DNA from: an uncultured virus (IMG/VR IMGVR_UViG_3300028283_000001)
Lineage: Duplodnaviria; Heunggongvirae; Uroviricota; Caudoviricetes
Virus record (IMG/VR): IMGVR_UViG_3300028283_000001
DNA: 64,000 bases
Strand: one strand, 5' to 3'
Shown: in pieces, positions 47,569 through 56,017 of the stretch
Numbering within the stretch: the stretch's first letter is position 1
Layout of the letters: each line of letters begins with the position of its first letter
The notes under the pieces: generated by a model
The model's database searches: none
Seen by the model: the letters and a program-made list of their open reading frames with translations, nothing else
Told to the model about the DNA's origin: nothing
Program-made: the position numbers and the translations under genes

Positions 47569-48416
47569 ATATTGCCTTTATTGATTCGAATAATTTAGGG
47601 TACAGGGCTTTTCACACCACTGGGCATTTAACTTACGGGGCTGATTTAACTGGGGTTGCTTTTGGGTTTCTTAACCAGGTATTTACTTTTATGAAGCATG
47701 CGCCTGCGGGGATTCAGTTGGTTTTTTGCTGGGATAGTAAGGAAAGTTTGAGAAAAAAGATTTATTCGGATTATAAAAGAAGAGACCCTGTTACTTCTGA
47801 AAGCTATGAGAATCGCTTGGCTTTGTATTCTCAATTTGATATTATCCGAAAAGAAATATTACCTGCTTTGGGGTGGACGGATTGTTGGTTGCGCGATGGG
47901 TATGAAGCTGATGACCTTATTTCTTGGGGGTGTAAGCAGGTATCGGCACAACGGGTTATTGTTTCTGGTGATGAGGATTTATATCAGTGTTTGAATTATG
48001 GGGTTAGGATATTTAACCCTGGAACAAATGAGTTTTTTACTGATGTTGATTTTGGCAAAAAGTATGGGGTAACGCCTGACCGTTGGGCTGAGGTAAAGGC
48101 AATTGCAGGGTGTAAGTCTGATAATATCTCAGGGGCTTTTGGGGTTGGAGAAAAGACTGTTATTCGTTATTTTAAAGGTCTTTTGAAACCCTTTGGAAAA
48201 CCGGCTCAGGCTATTGCGGAAGTGGTAAAAAACGGAACATACGAAAGGAATTATCTTCTTGTTAAATTGCCATTTGGTGATTGGCGATCATTGCAATTTG
48301 GTGTTGGCCCGAGGGTGTTAAAAAAACAAGATTTTTTGAATGTATTTGAGAAATACGGAATGAAAAGTTTTATCAAACGGATGGGGGAATTATCTAACTT
48401 ATTGGAGTTGACATGA
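47565..48416 (+). CDS. 5'-3' exonuclease/flap endonuclease
   Basis: ID.NNL.YRAFH, WDS, R..IY.DYK, YEADD, SGDEDL.Q, SDNI.G..GVGEKT. Confidence 0.92.
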   Translation: MNIAFIDSNNLGYRAFHTTGHLTYGADLTGVAFGFLNQVFTFMKHAPAGIQLVFCWDSKESLRKKIYSDYKRRDPVTSESYENRLALYSQFDIIRKEILPALGWTDCWLRDGYEADDLISWGCKQVSAQRVIVSGDEDLYQCLNYGVRIFNPGTNEFFTDVDFGKKYGVTPDRWAEVKAIAGCKSDNISGAFGVGEKTVIRYFKGLLKPFGKPAQAIAEVVKNGTYERNYLLVKLPFGDWRSLQFGVGPRVLKKQDFLNVFEKYGMKSFIKRMGELSNLLELT

Positions 48417-49459
48417 AAATTCAAATATTAAATTTTCAGTCCCATAAGAACACTGTTTTGGATTTGTGCCCTGGGGTAAATGCAATTATTGGAAATTCTG
48501 GCACCGGCAAGTCTTCTGTTTTAAGAGCGATTAATTGGTTGATTAATAATACTCCAACTGGAGATGATTTTGTTTCTTGGGGTGGGGATTGTGTTGTTTC
48601 AATTTCTGATGATGATTGGGAAGTTAGCAGGATTAAGGGCAAGGGTAAGAACCAGTACGCTGTAAGGCGAAATGGGGCGGTTCAGGTTTATGAGGGGTTT
48701 GGCCGTGACGTGCCTGAGCCGATTAAAAATTTGTTAAACATGCAAGATTTTAACTTGCGGTTTCAGTATCAAAAACCGTTTTTGATTGGTGAATCTTCTG
48801 GTGAAGTTACTCGGTATTTAAACAGGGTTGCTCGGTTGGATATTATTGATAAGGCGATGAGCAATATTGATTCTCGGTTGCGTCGAGAGAAAAATCAATT
48901 GGATGTTGAGACATCCGTTGTTGAAAAGACTGATATTCAATTGTTAAAATTTAAAGATGTTGATCAAATTGAATGCCAGGTTCAAGAAGTGGAAAGTTTG
49001 GATAAAGATATCAAAGGGCAGGTTTACCGCTATAACGGAATTTATGATTCTGTTAAGGAAATTAAGTCTGTTCAAGCGTTACGGGTTGAGTGCGGGAAAA
49101 CAGTTAAAATGGAAAAAGGGGTTGCTGTTGCATTGGTTTTATTTGAAGAGATGAGAAAGGTTCAGAAACGATTTGATTCTTTAGAACCCCTTGAGCAGTC
49201 TGCATCTATAATAATTCCCGAAATAAAGCGGCAAAAGGCGGTGTTAAAATTATCTTTAAAAGTGGGAAAGATTGTTTTGGCAATTAATGATTTTGATGAA
49301 TTAAAAAGTAAACGGGTTGGGCTTAAAACCCTTATTGAACAGTTGAGTGATACTTCTGTTAATTTAAAAGGGGCTCTTGATTATGAACAGAAGTGTAAAA
49401 CTGTTTTTAGCCAGTTGATGCCTGACGTGTGTCCACTTTGCGGTCAGGGGGTAAAATGA
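48413..49459 (+). CDS. Rad50/SbcC-like ATPase, N-terminal half with zinc hook
   Basis: NFQSH, Walker A GNSGTGKS, coiled coil, ends CPLCGQ; no Walker B. Confidence 0.85.
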   Translation: MKIQILNFQSHKNTVLDLCPGVNAIIGNSGTGKSSVLRAINWLINNTPTGDDFVSWGGDCVVSISDDDWEVSRIKGKGKNQYAVRRNGAVQVYEGFGRDVPEPIKNLLNMQDFNLRFQYQKPFLIGESSGEVTRYLNRVARLDIIDKAMSNIDSRLRREKNQLDVETSVVEKTDIQLLKFKDVDQIECQVQEVESLDKDIKGQVYRYNGIYDSVKEIKSVQALRVECGKTVKMEKGVAVALVLFEEMRKVQKRFDSLEPLEQSASIIIPEIKRQKAVLKLSLKVGKIVLAINDFDELKSKRVGLKTLIEQLSDTSVNLKGALDYEQKCKTVFSQLMPDVCPLCGQGVK

Positions 49460-50412
49460 TAGTTCGGAAAAGAAAAGTGCTTATAATTAAACAGGAAAAG
49501 GTTGAAAAAGTTTCTGCAGTTTTGTGTTCTGATTTACATATTCGCGCTGATGCGCCCTTGTGCCGCACAGATGATTTTCAAGCAGCGATGTTTGAAAAAC
49601 TTGATTTTATTTTTAATCTTTGTCGGCAATATGATGTTCCTTTGCTTTGCGGTGGAGATATTGGGCATCGTTCTCAATGGCCAAATTGGTTGCTTGAGCG
49701 ATTTATGGCTTTGGCGGAAGGCGTTAAGATTATATCGGCTTTAGGCCAGCATGATCTTCCGGGCCATAATTTAAATGAGTTGTCTCGATCTGCTTGTGGC
49801 GTATTTCAAAGAGCAAAGGTGGTAAACTTTGAAAATGGTGTTGTTGACGATAAATATATTATGACTTGTCATTTTGACGAAGGTCTTCCTAAAATTCATG
49901 ATGATGGTAGAAAAAGTAAATTGCCAATGGTTTTGCTTACCCACCGCATGGTGATTGATGGAAAACAAGATTGGCCTGGTCAACAGACGGAACAGGCGAT
50001 GTCCTTGCTTAATCAGCTTTCTTTTTGCCAATTGGTTTTAACGGGGGATAATCATATTCCTTTTGTTGTTCAGGCAAAAGACAAGCGGTTGCTTGTTAAT
50101 CCTGGGTCAATGATGCGGATGACGGCGGGTCAGTTGAACCATCGGCCACGGGTATACTTGTGGGACGCGGTGGCGTCGCAGGTGAGTCCTGTTTACCTAC
50201 CCGTAGCTAAAGGGGTTATTGACCGTAATTATATTGAGGCTGAGTCTTTAAGGGACGAAAGAATGCGTGCTTTTACTGATCGAATTAAAATTGATTATCG
50301 GGCGGGGGTTGATTATATAGATGATTTACATCGATACTTTGAAAATAATCGGACTTGGGATAAGGCTCAACAACGGGTTTGGGAAGCGTGTGAAATGGAG
50401 GGAGTAAGATGA
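49456..50412 (+). CDS. Mre11/SbcD-like metallophosphoesterase
   Basis: SDLH, GGD, GQHD, TH, GDNH, NPGS motifs. Confidence 0.88.
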   Translation: MIVRKRKVLIIKQEKVEKVSAVLCSDLHIRADAPLCRTDDFQAAMFEKLDFIFNLCRQYDVPLLCGGDIGHRSQWPNWLLERFMALAEGVKIISALGQHDLPGHNLNELSRSACGVFQRAKVVNFENGVVDDKYIMTCHFDEGLPKIHDDGRKSKLPMVLLTHRMVIDGKQDWPGQQTEQAMSLLNQLSFCQLVLTGDNHIPFVVQAKDKRLLVNPGSMMRMTAGQLNHRPRVYLWDAVASQVSPVYLPVAKGVIDRNYIEAESLRDERMRAFTDRIKIDYRAGVDYIDDLHRYFENNRTWDKAQQRVWEACEMEGVR

Positions 50413-50663
50413 CACAGGATTTGGGAGTAAGGTTGTTGGCGATGAAAGATAAAATTATTGTGGCCGAAAAGAAAGCAGCAACCCTTCAGGGTCGACTTGA
50501 TGGGATTTATGAAAGAATGAAGTCTGAGTTTGGTGTTTCAACACTGGATGAGGCTGATTCGGTGTTGGCTGCGTTGGATAAGGAATTAGAGGAAAAGGAA
50601 AGACAATTGAAGGCGAACGTTGCGTTATTGGAATGTGAATTTCAAAAATTGGAGGTGGGCTAA
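50409..50663 (+). CDS. Small coiled-coil protein
   Basis: Heptad pattern; lies between the Rad50 halves. Confidence 0.65.
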   Translation: MTQDLGVRLLAMKDKIIVAEKKAATLQGRLDGIYERMKSEFGVSTLDEADSVLAALDKELEEKERQLKANVALLECEFQKLEVG

Positions 50664-50804
50664 TGGATAAGAAAGAAGCGGTTCAATTGATTTCTCAGAT
50701 GGTAGTTTCTGCGGCTGATTATTATGTTAATGAAAAGACTTTTTGTAGAAAGGTGTGGAAAGTGTTGATGGATGTTTATCGTTTGGCAAAGGGGGAGGAA
50801 ATTT

Positions 50805-51074
50805 ATGAAAACGAAAATTAAAGAAATCACTGTTGAATATTTTTATACCAAACAACCGGCAGCGTATGAATCGGAAAGGGTTACTGTTGGATTTACTATG
50901 GATGTTGACGTTGATAGCCCTGATGTGGAATCTACTATGGACGCAGCCGTTGACCATTGTATGTCTGTAGTGCATCGGCGGTTGGGCTTGGTTAAAAAAG
51001 AAAAGGAATGCCTTGCCTTTGAGGGAGGCTCCGTTAATCAGCTTTCTCGTAGGAGAAAATATGAAGGTGCTTGA
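50805..51074 (+). CDS. Hypothetical protein
   Basis: GGAGG RBS; YESERV motif. Confidence 0.6.
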   Translation: MKTKIKEITVEYFYTKQPAAYESERVTVGFTMDVDVDSPDVESTMDAAVDHCMSVVHRRLGLVKKEKECLAFEGGSVNQLSRRRKYEGA

Positions 51075-51681
51075 ACTGAGAGCAAAGATTGAGCAACTGA
51101 AGGGCGAGCAACAAGTTTTACAGCGGCAACGGGATTCTGCAATTAAATCTGTTGCTATTATAAAAGTGGAAATAAAAGCCACTGAAGAAGCCAAAATGAT
51201 AATGCAAGCGGTTGCAAAGAAGACTCAAGATAAATTGAGGGCTTACATTGAGGAACCAGTTTCATTGGCAATGGCGGCGGTGTTTAATGATCCTTATCAA
51301 TTGCGGTTGGACATGGTAGAACGGCGGGGCCGAACGGAATGTGATTTTAAATGGGTTAGACGGGATCAGGAGTATGACGATCTTATGTTTAGTGATGGAG
51401 GAGGGTTGGTGGACGTGGCCGCATTTGGGTTGCAGATTGCGGTTCTTTCTTTTATGCGTTATCATGCGCGTCCTTTACTTATTCTTGATGAACCGCTTAA
51501 ATGGTTAAAAGGAGGCGAGTTGCCTGAGCGGGGGGCGCTTATGATTTCTGCGGTTGCAAAGGAATTAGGTATTACCGTTCTTATGGTTAGCCATATTCCA
51601 GAACAAAAGGCTGGGGCCGATAAGCTGTTTAATTTTACGTTGAGGGCTGATAGATCAACCAAAACACAGGAGGGGGCCTAA
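51061..51681 (+). CDS. Rad50/SbcC-like ATPase, C-terminal half
   Basis: Coiled coil, degenerate signature SDGGG, Walker B LILDEP, H-loop VSH. Confidence 0.85.
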   Translation: MKVLELRAKIEQLKGEQQVLQRQRDSAIKSVAIIKVEIKATEEAKMIMQAVAKKTQDKLRAYIEEPVSLAMAAVFNDPYQLRLDMVERRGRTECDFKWVRRDQEYDDLMFSDGGGLVDVAAFGLQIAVLSFMRYHARPLLILDEPLKWLKGGELPERGALMISAVAKELGITVLMVSHIPEQKAGADKLFNFTLRADRSTKTQEGA

Positions 51682-52103
51682 TGTCTTTACGCAAGGATTT
51701 GATTAAAATATCGGAAAAGGAAGGGTTTGATTGTGTTGAAGATTTTGTTCGTTTTTTTATTGTTGATGGGAATCGAACCTTTATGGAATTGAAATTGTGG
51801 TTAGAGCAAAAGTATCGACGGTATTATAGTTGGGTTTGGGTGTATACGTGGTGTTCCCCCATGGTGCCTCAATACAGAGTAAGTAAAAGAGAACGATTGA
51901 TAAATGTTTCGGGGTTGTGTAACAGTTTGGTAGAAAAACAGTGGGATGAAAAGGCTCAGGCTATAGGCCGGTTATCTATTGATATGGTGTTTCGGGAATG
52001 GGTGGGGCCGTTGCCTGCTTTGGCCCAACGGTTGGGCGTTAAATATATGACTCTTTATTCTCGTTATCGTAAATGGGAGAAGATAAATAATGGCAAGCCA
52101 TGA
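51681..52103 (+). CDS. Hypothetical protein with possible C-terminal HTH
   Basis: LAQRLGVKYMTLYSR. Confidence 0.55.
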   Translation: MSLRKDLIKISEKEGFDCVEDFVRFFIVDGNRTFMELKLWLEQKYRRYYSWVWVYTWCSPMVPQYRVSKRERLINVSGLCNSLVEKQWDEKAQAIGRLSIDMVFREWVGPLPALAQRLGVKYMTLYSRYRKWEKINNGKP

Positions 52104-52278
52104 TTGGGTTGAATTAGAAGGGGTGGTTAATGCAGAAACGGCGGATGCTATTTTAGTTGATTTTGGCGGGCAAGAGGAATGGGTTCCTAAATCACAATGT
52201 ATAGATTTTCCTGATGTTGGCGATTTTGGAACATTGTTTGTTCGTGAATGGCTTGCATATAATCGGGGGCTAATATGA
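52090..52278 (+). CDS. Small conserved phage protein
   Basis: ET.DAILVD.....WVPKSQ....REWLA...GL motif. Confidence 0.7.
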   Translation: MASHDWVELEGVVNAETADAILVDFGGQEEWVPKSQCIDFPDVGDFGTLFVREWLAYNRGLI

Positions 52279-52601
52279 GCGGTTCGATGGAAACGCAACT
52301 TATTTTTGAGAATCAGAAAAAGGAGGATTCTACATGGAGAGAAGCCCTTTATACCAAATTTTTACTGATGGCGAAAGGGTGTCCGTGCAGATCAAAAAGT
52401 GCCTGGACACAAGGTCAGTGTGTAATATTCAACGACGCTTGCGGCGATATGGAGCGTTGTCCCTTTGTTTACTGGGGTGGCTTGCGTTGATGCCAGCTCA
52501 ACAAACAGGAGATTCAGTAATTTCAAATCCTGATAAGTCATTGATCCTTGTAGAAGGGGGGATGCTTTGGATCCCTATAACAGAAATGGAGGAAATATTT
52601 A

Positions 52602-52925
52602 ATGCCACTTCAAACATATCGGATAATCGACCAAAACGGCAAGTGTCTCGGAACGGCACACCTACAAAAAGATTGCGACGTATTGCTGCGGCCCGGTGAC
52701 TGTTCTTCATATCGGGATAGCGTACAGGCAGTTGTAGCAGAAAAGACTGCGATGGAGCAACGGGTTTCCGCTATAATTGAAGCGGAGATTAAAGCATTCG
52801 AGCAATCGGTGCGGATTCCAATCAAGACCATTTCTGTCCAGATGATTGTAGTGGAGGGGACATCTTTTACCGTGGAGAACAAAGTCATCCAGGTAAAGGT
52901 GGGATTAGACCTCGACGCGCTTTGA
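52602..52925 (+). CDS. Hypothetical protein
   Basis: GGAGG RBS before ATG. Confidence 0.5.
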   Translation: MPLQTYRIIDQNGKCLGTAHLQKDCDVLLRPGDCSSYRDSVQAVVAEKTAMEQRVSAIIEAEIKAFEQSVRIPIKTISVQMIVVEGTSFTVENKVIQVKVGLDLDAL

Positions 52926-52942
52926 CGGTTTGTTGATGGAGG

Positions 52943-53149
52943 GTGAAAATGGAAGAAGACCAACTGGCTAAATACTCACCGTTTTGCTCATTTTGTGGCG
53001 GGAGGCAGAATGAAGTGGAGATGCTGATTGTAGGTGGGGCTGGTACAATCTGTTCTGGATGTGTGGAGATATGCTCTGAACTTATAAAAGAGAAAAGGAG
53101 GCTTAAAATTGAAGCTAAAAGAAATGAACAGGCTGAACAAACGGATTGA
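52943..53149 (+). CDS. Stand-alone ClpX C4-type zinc finger protein
   Basis: CSFCG..Q.EV..LI.G....ICSGCVEIC. Confidence 0.85.
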   Translation: MKMEEDQLAKYSPFCSFCGGRQNEVEMLIVGGAGTICSGCVEICSELIKEKRRLKIEAKRNEQAEQTD

Positions 53150-53258
53150 GGCTAACGCTTTTATAACTCCGGTGTTGAATGTTACGCCAGCCGGGCGCAC
53201 CAGCACGGAGCGAAACCGGGTAAAGCGGGTAGCACGGAGATTGAGAGGAAAATAACAG

Positions 53259-53325
53259 TTTGCGCTTGCGGCGTGGTGGAACTGCCTGGAATCATGATCC
53301 AGTTCGAATCTGGGGCAAGCGCAAA
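53259..53325 (+). ncRNA. Degenerate tRNA-like element
   Basis: 11-bp closing stem TTTGCGCTTGC/GCAAGCGCAAA; T-arm CCAG-TTCGAAT-CTGG; CAT-centred 7-nt loop; too short for a canonical tRNA. Confidence 0.45.
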
Positions 53326-53761
53326 ACAAACAGGTCGTAGCATACGGTAATGCCGGAGAGTTGAAATGTATGCAGATCACAGGCCGGAACCTGTTTTATT
53401 GGCAAAGGAGAACTACAATGCAAACCCGACAATTCCACCAATGGCCCCGTAAGGCAGAGGCCCTTACACCGGGGAAAATAAAACGATCCAGCCCTTACAA
53501 CTAAATGGATCACTTCAGCCATAGAGAATTCCAAAGTTCCGGATATCGCTCAATCAGGAGCAGGCAAAGGGAGGATAAATGAACGGGAAAGGCGATGGCA
53601 AAGAACGATTTAAACTATCTTCTATATATTTAAAATAACCTTTATTTTGTTTTACTCGGCTTCGGCTGAAAACTGTAATATTTCTTGTGCGAAAGCCAGC
53701 ACCGTGGAATTCCAGAAACAGGCTTGACGGCCCGGAGAGACGGGCAAAGGAGAACTGAGAA

Positions 53762-53953
53762 ATGGGTCAAGAAATTACAAATAAGATAAATCCTGAAATT
53801 GGGAAAATGAATTGGAAGGCATGCGAATACTGCAAAAACCAGGCCGGCCCAAAAGGTTGCAACTCATTTGCTTGCTTCGAGGATTTAATTGAATACGAAG
53901 AAAAAAATGGAATTATTATTTGTTCTTATTTTGTAGAAAAGGAATTGGCATAA
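53762..53953 (+). CDS. Small Cys-rich hypothetical protein
   Basis: AAGGAG RBS; CEYC..C..C..C. Confidence 0.55.
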   Translation: MGQEITNKINPEIGKMNWKACEYCKNQAGPKGCNSFACFEDLIEYEEKNGIIICSYFVEKELA

Positions 53954-53957
53954 CTTA

Positions 53958-54174
53958 TAGCGGGTGGCGGAATTAGACGCGACCGTCAATTAAGTAGATG
54001 GAGAATGATGCTCCGACACGTTGGAATAATCGACCAGTAGGGAATTGATGATAATGGCTTAGGCTAAGAGTAAACTCACGATGGGTAAAGCCAAGTAGAC
54101 CGAAATGAGACGCCTTGTAAGGGAGATTTTAAACTCTGGGAATCCATTCCAGGTATTGAATCCTGGCTCGCTAT
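53958..54174 (+). ncRNA. RNA with tRNA-like ends and a ~165-nt structured insert
   Basis: Acceptor TAGCGGG/CTCGCTA; U8; D-arm GCG-GAATTAGA-CGC; T-arm CCAGG-TATTGAAT-CCTGG. Confidence 0.55.
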
Positions 54175-54203
54175 TTTAAGTTGATGAATCACAAGGAGGT
54201 ATA

Positions 54204-54383
54204 ATGTCAAAAGGACTTGAGTTAAAATATTTTGTGCTGAAACCGAATGGAGACAATGCCTATGCCGAAGCAAGCAGGGCAGCATTAAAGAAGTATGCAA
54301 TTAAAATCAGACCCACAAACGTGGACTTGGCCAATGATATTGAATCCTGGCTATCCGCCCTAAAAGGAAAGGAAATCCAATGA
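54204..54383 (+). CDS. Small hypothetical protein (59 aa, not in ORF track)
   Basis: AAGGAGG RBS; MSKGLELKYFVLKP...ASRAAL..YA. Confidence 0.65.
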   Translation: MSKGLELKYFVLKPNGDNAYAEASRAALKKYAIKIRPTNVDLANDIESWLSALKGKEIQ

Positions 54384-54661
54384 AAAGTATAGTTAAAATA
54401 AAGGCGTTAGCAGAAGAAATTATTCGATGTAATGAGCAACTTGATAGGTTTGTAATATTTGATTATCCTGCATCTGATGAAACTACAAGTTCTGGAGGAG
54501 AGCCTTCTCCAATTAATATTGTGCTTGAAGGCCCATGCGCTCATATAAAGATACATGGTTTATCCAGAATCGAACTTGACTGTATGAGATCTACACTTAA
54601 TTCAATTCTTCAAGAACGTAAAAGAGTTGCAACGGAAGAACTTAACAAACAATTTTCTTAG
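54380..54661 (+). CDS. Hypothetical protein
   Basis: ATGA coupling to the previous gene. Confidence 0.55.
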   Translation: MKSIVKIKALAEEIIRCNEQLDRFVIFDYPASDETTSSGGEPSPINIVLEGPCAHIKIHGLSRIELDCMRSTLNSILQERKRVATEELNKQFS

Positions 54662-54684
54662 GTTTGGCATCAAAAGGAAATCCA

Positions 54685-54948
54685 ATGACCGATGACACAA
54701 CAGTAAAAACAGATAGAGATATTGCAATCGAAGTGAACAAAAGGCTGGATGCGCTTGAAAAAGAAGTTGAGCGGCTGAAAAGAAAATTTACGGATCTGAA
54801 AGATATTCACTATTCAATTCAAGCGTCAATTTGGATTGTTGGGGCATTATTATTTAGAAGTATCAATCATGATTCTCCTATATGTTGGTTATTGGCAGGC
54901 ATTGGAGTGGTTTGGTTTATTTTATCCCTGTTAGAAAAAGAAAGGTAA
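54685..54948 (+). CDS. Small membrane protein
   Basis: Coiled coil followed by two hydrophobic helices. Confidence 0.55.
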   Translation: MTDDTTVKTDRDIAIEVNKRLDALEKEVERLKRKFTDLKDIHYSIQASIWIVGALLFRSINHDSPICWLLAGIGVVWFILSLLEKER

Positions 54949-54953
54949 ATCAA

Positions 54954-55190
54954 ATGAAACTTTGTATATTTAATGAACCAGAAAAAACAGAACCTGTAGT
55001 ATTTGTAAAACTTGAGAGTTATTTAGATGACGTACATTTGGTAGTATGTGATGCATCTGGTGTTACTGTAATAGGCAGTAATATTCTAAGGATTTCCAGC
55101 AACGGAACATTAATACGATTTATAGACATTGATAAAGAACTTGGTTTTCAACTCGATGAAGAGGGCAGAATTAAATTAGCGGGAGAATAA
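54954..55190 (+). CDS. Hypothetical protein
   Basis: AAGG RBS; ends GFQLDEEGRIKL. Confidence 0.55.
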   Translation: MKLCIFNEPEKTEPVVFVKLESYLDDVHLVVCDASGVTVIGSNILRISSNGTLIRFIDIDKELGFQLDEEGRIKLAGE

Positions 55191-55549
55191 AAATGTGCTG
55201 TTGTGGCCCATAAAGAAAGGGAAATTAAAATGGATGTTCTCAGTGAATACGCAATAATAGTTTATGTAGCAACGGTATTCATAGGACTCATTGGAGTTAT
55301 TCTGATGTTCAAAATTATGTCAATCAAAAGCGATATTGAATTTCTTGAGTATTTGATAAAAGAGATTAGGCGCTGTGTCAACAGATAGTGAAATATACGA
55401 AGCAGCAATACCCGATTGTTGCCAATTTCAGACCTACCGGGAACATCACGACTGGCTCATGCTTTGTTGGGGGCTTTTAAGCGCAATAAATGAACAAGAA
55501 CCAATGGATTGTGGAATGTGCGAGTTTGCAACAAGAAAGGAGAAATAAT

Positions 55550-55894
55550 ATGGAACCAGCCCCGAAAGAAAAAGAGGGAAAGGACCGATGGCATATCTTC
55601 CCATTTAGGGAATGCCGCGAAGTGCTGAAGGCGTTTGAGTTTGGGGTGCAGAAGTATGGGAAGCCCTTCACTTATCGCCAGGGCGATGGACTGCCTCAGG
55701 AGGATATGTTTGATGCAACTATGCGGCATTTGGAACAGATCCAGGCGGGGGAGCACTCTGCGGCGGATTCCAATTGCCTTCATTGGGCCCATATTGCGGC
55801 TGATGCATTGATGGCTATCACAAGAGAATTGAAAGAACGGGAGGCGGAAAGAAATGCAATGAGTGCAGCTTCTTTAGAAATAGATAGAAAATAA
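55550..55894 (+). CDS. dATP/dGTP diphosphohydrolase-like domain protein (DUF5664-like)
   Basis: GK.RW...P.......AFEFG..KYG.....G........A..RHL.....GE....SN.LHWAH. Confidence 0.75.
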   Translation: MEPAPKEKEGKDRWHIFPFRECREVLKAFEFGVQKYGKPFTYRQGDGLPQEDMFDATMRHLEQIQAGEHSAADSNCLHWAHIAADALMAITRELKEREAERNAMSAASLEIDRK

Positions 55895-55945
55895 CATTTA
55901 ATTTTATCCTACCTTATAGATTGTTCCCTCAGTATTAAAAAATCC

Positions 55946-55995
55946 TTTACTTCCTCTAAAAAGATAGATTATAGTTGATCTACGATCAACTATAA
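55946..55995 (+). promoter_or_regulatory. Promoter plus palindromic operator upstream of terminase
   Basis: TTTACT-18 bp-TATAGT overlapped by the perfect inverted repeat TTATAGTTGATC-TAC-GATCAACTATAA (55969-55995). Confidence 0.6.
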
Positions 55996-56017
55996 CATCA
56001 CAAAAAAAGAAATCATT

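Noticed and set aside
53958..54174. tmRNA or functional canonical tRNA
   Set aside because: No G3:U70 alanine determinant, too short for tmRNA, non-canonical T-loop and no normal anticodon arm; kept only as a tRNA-like ncRNA candidate.
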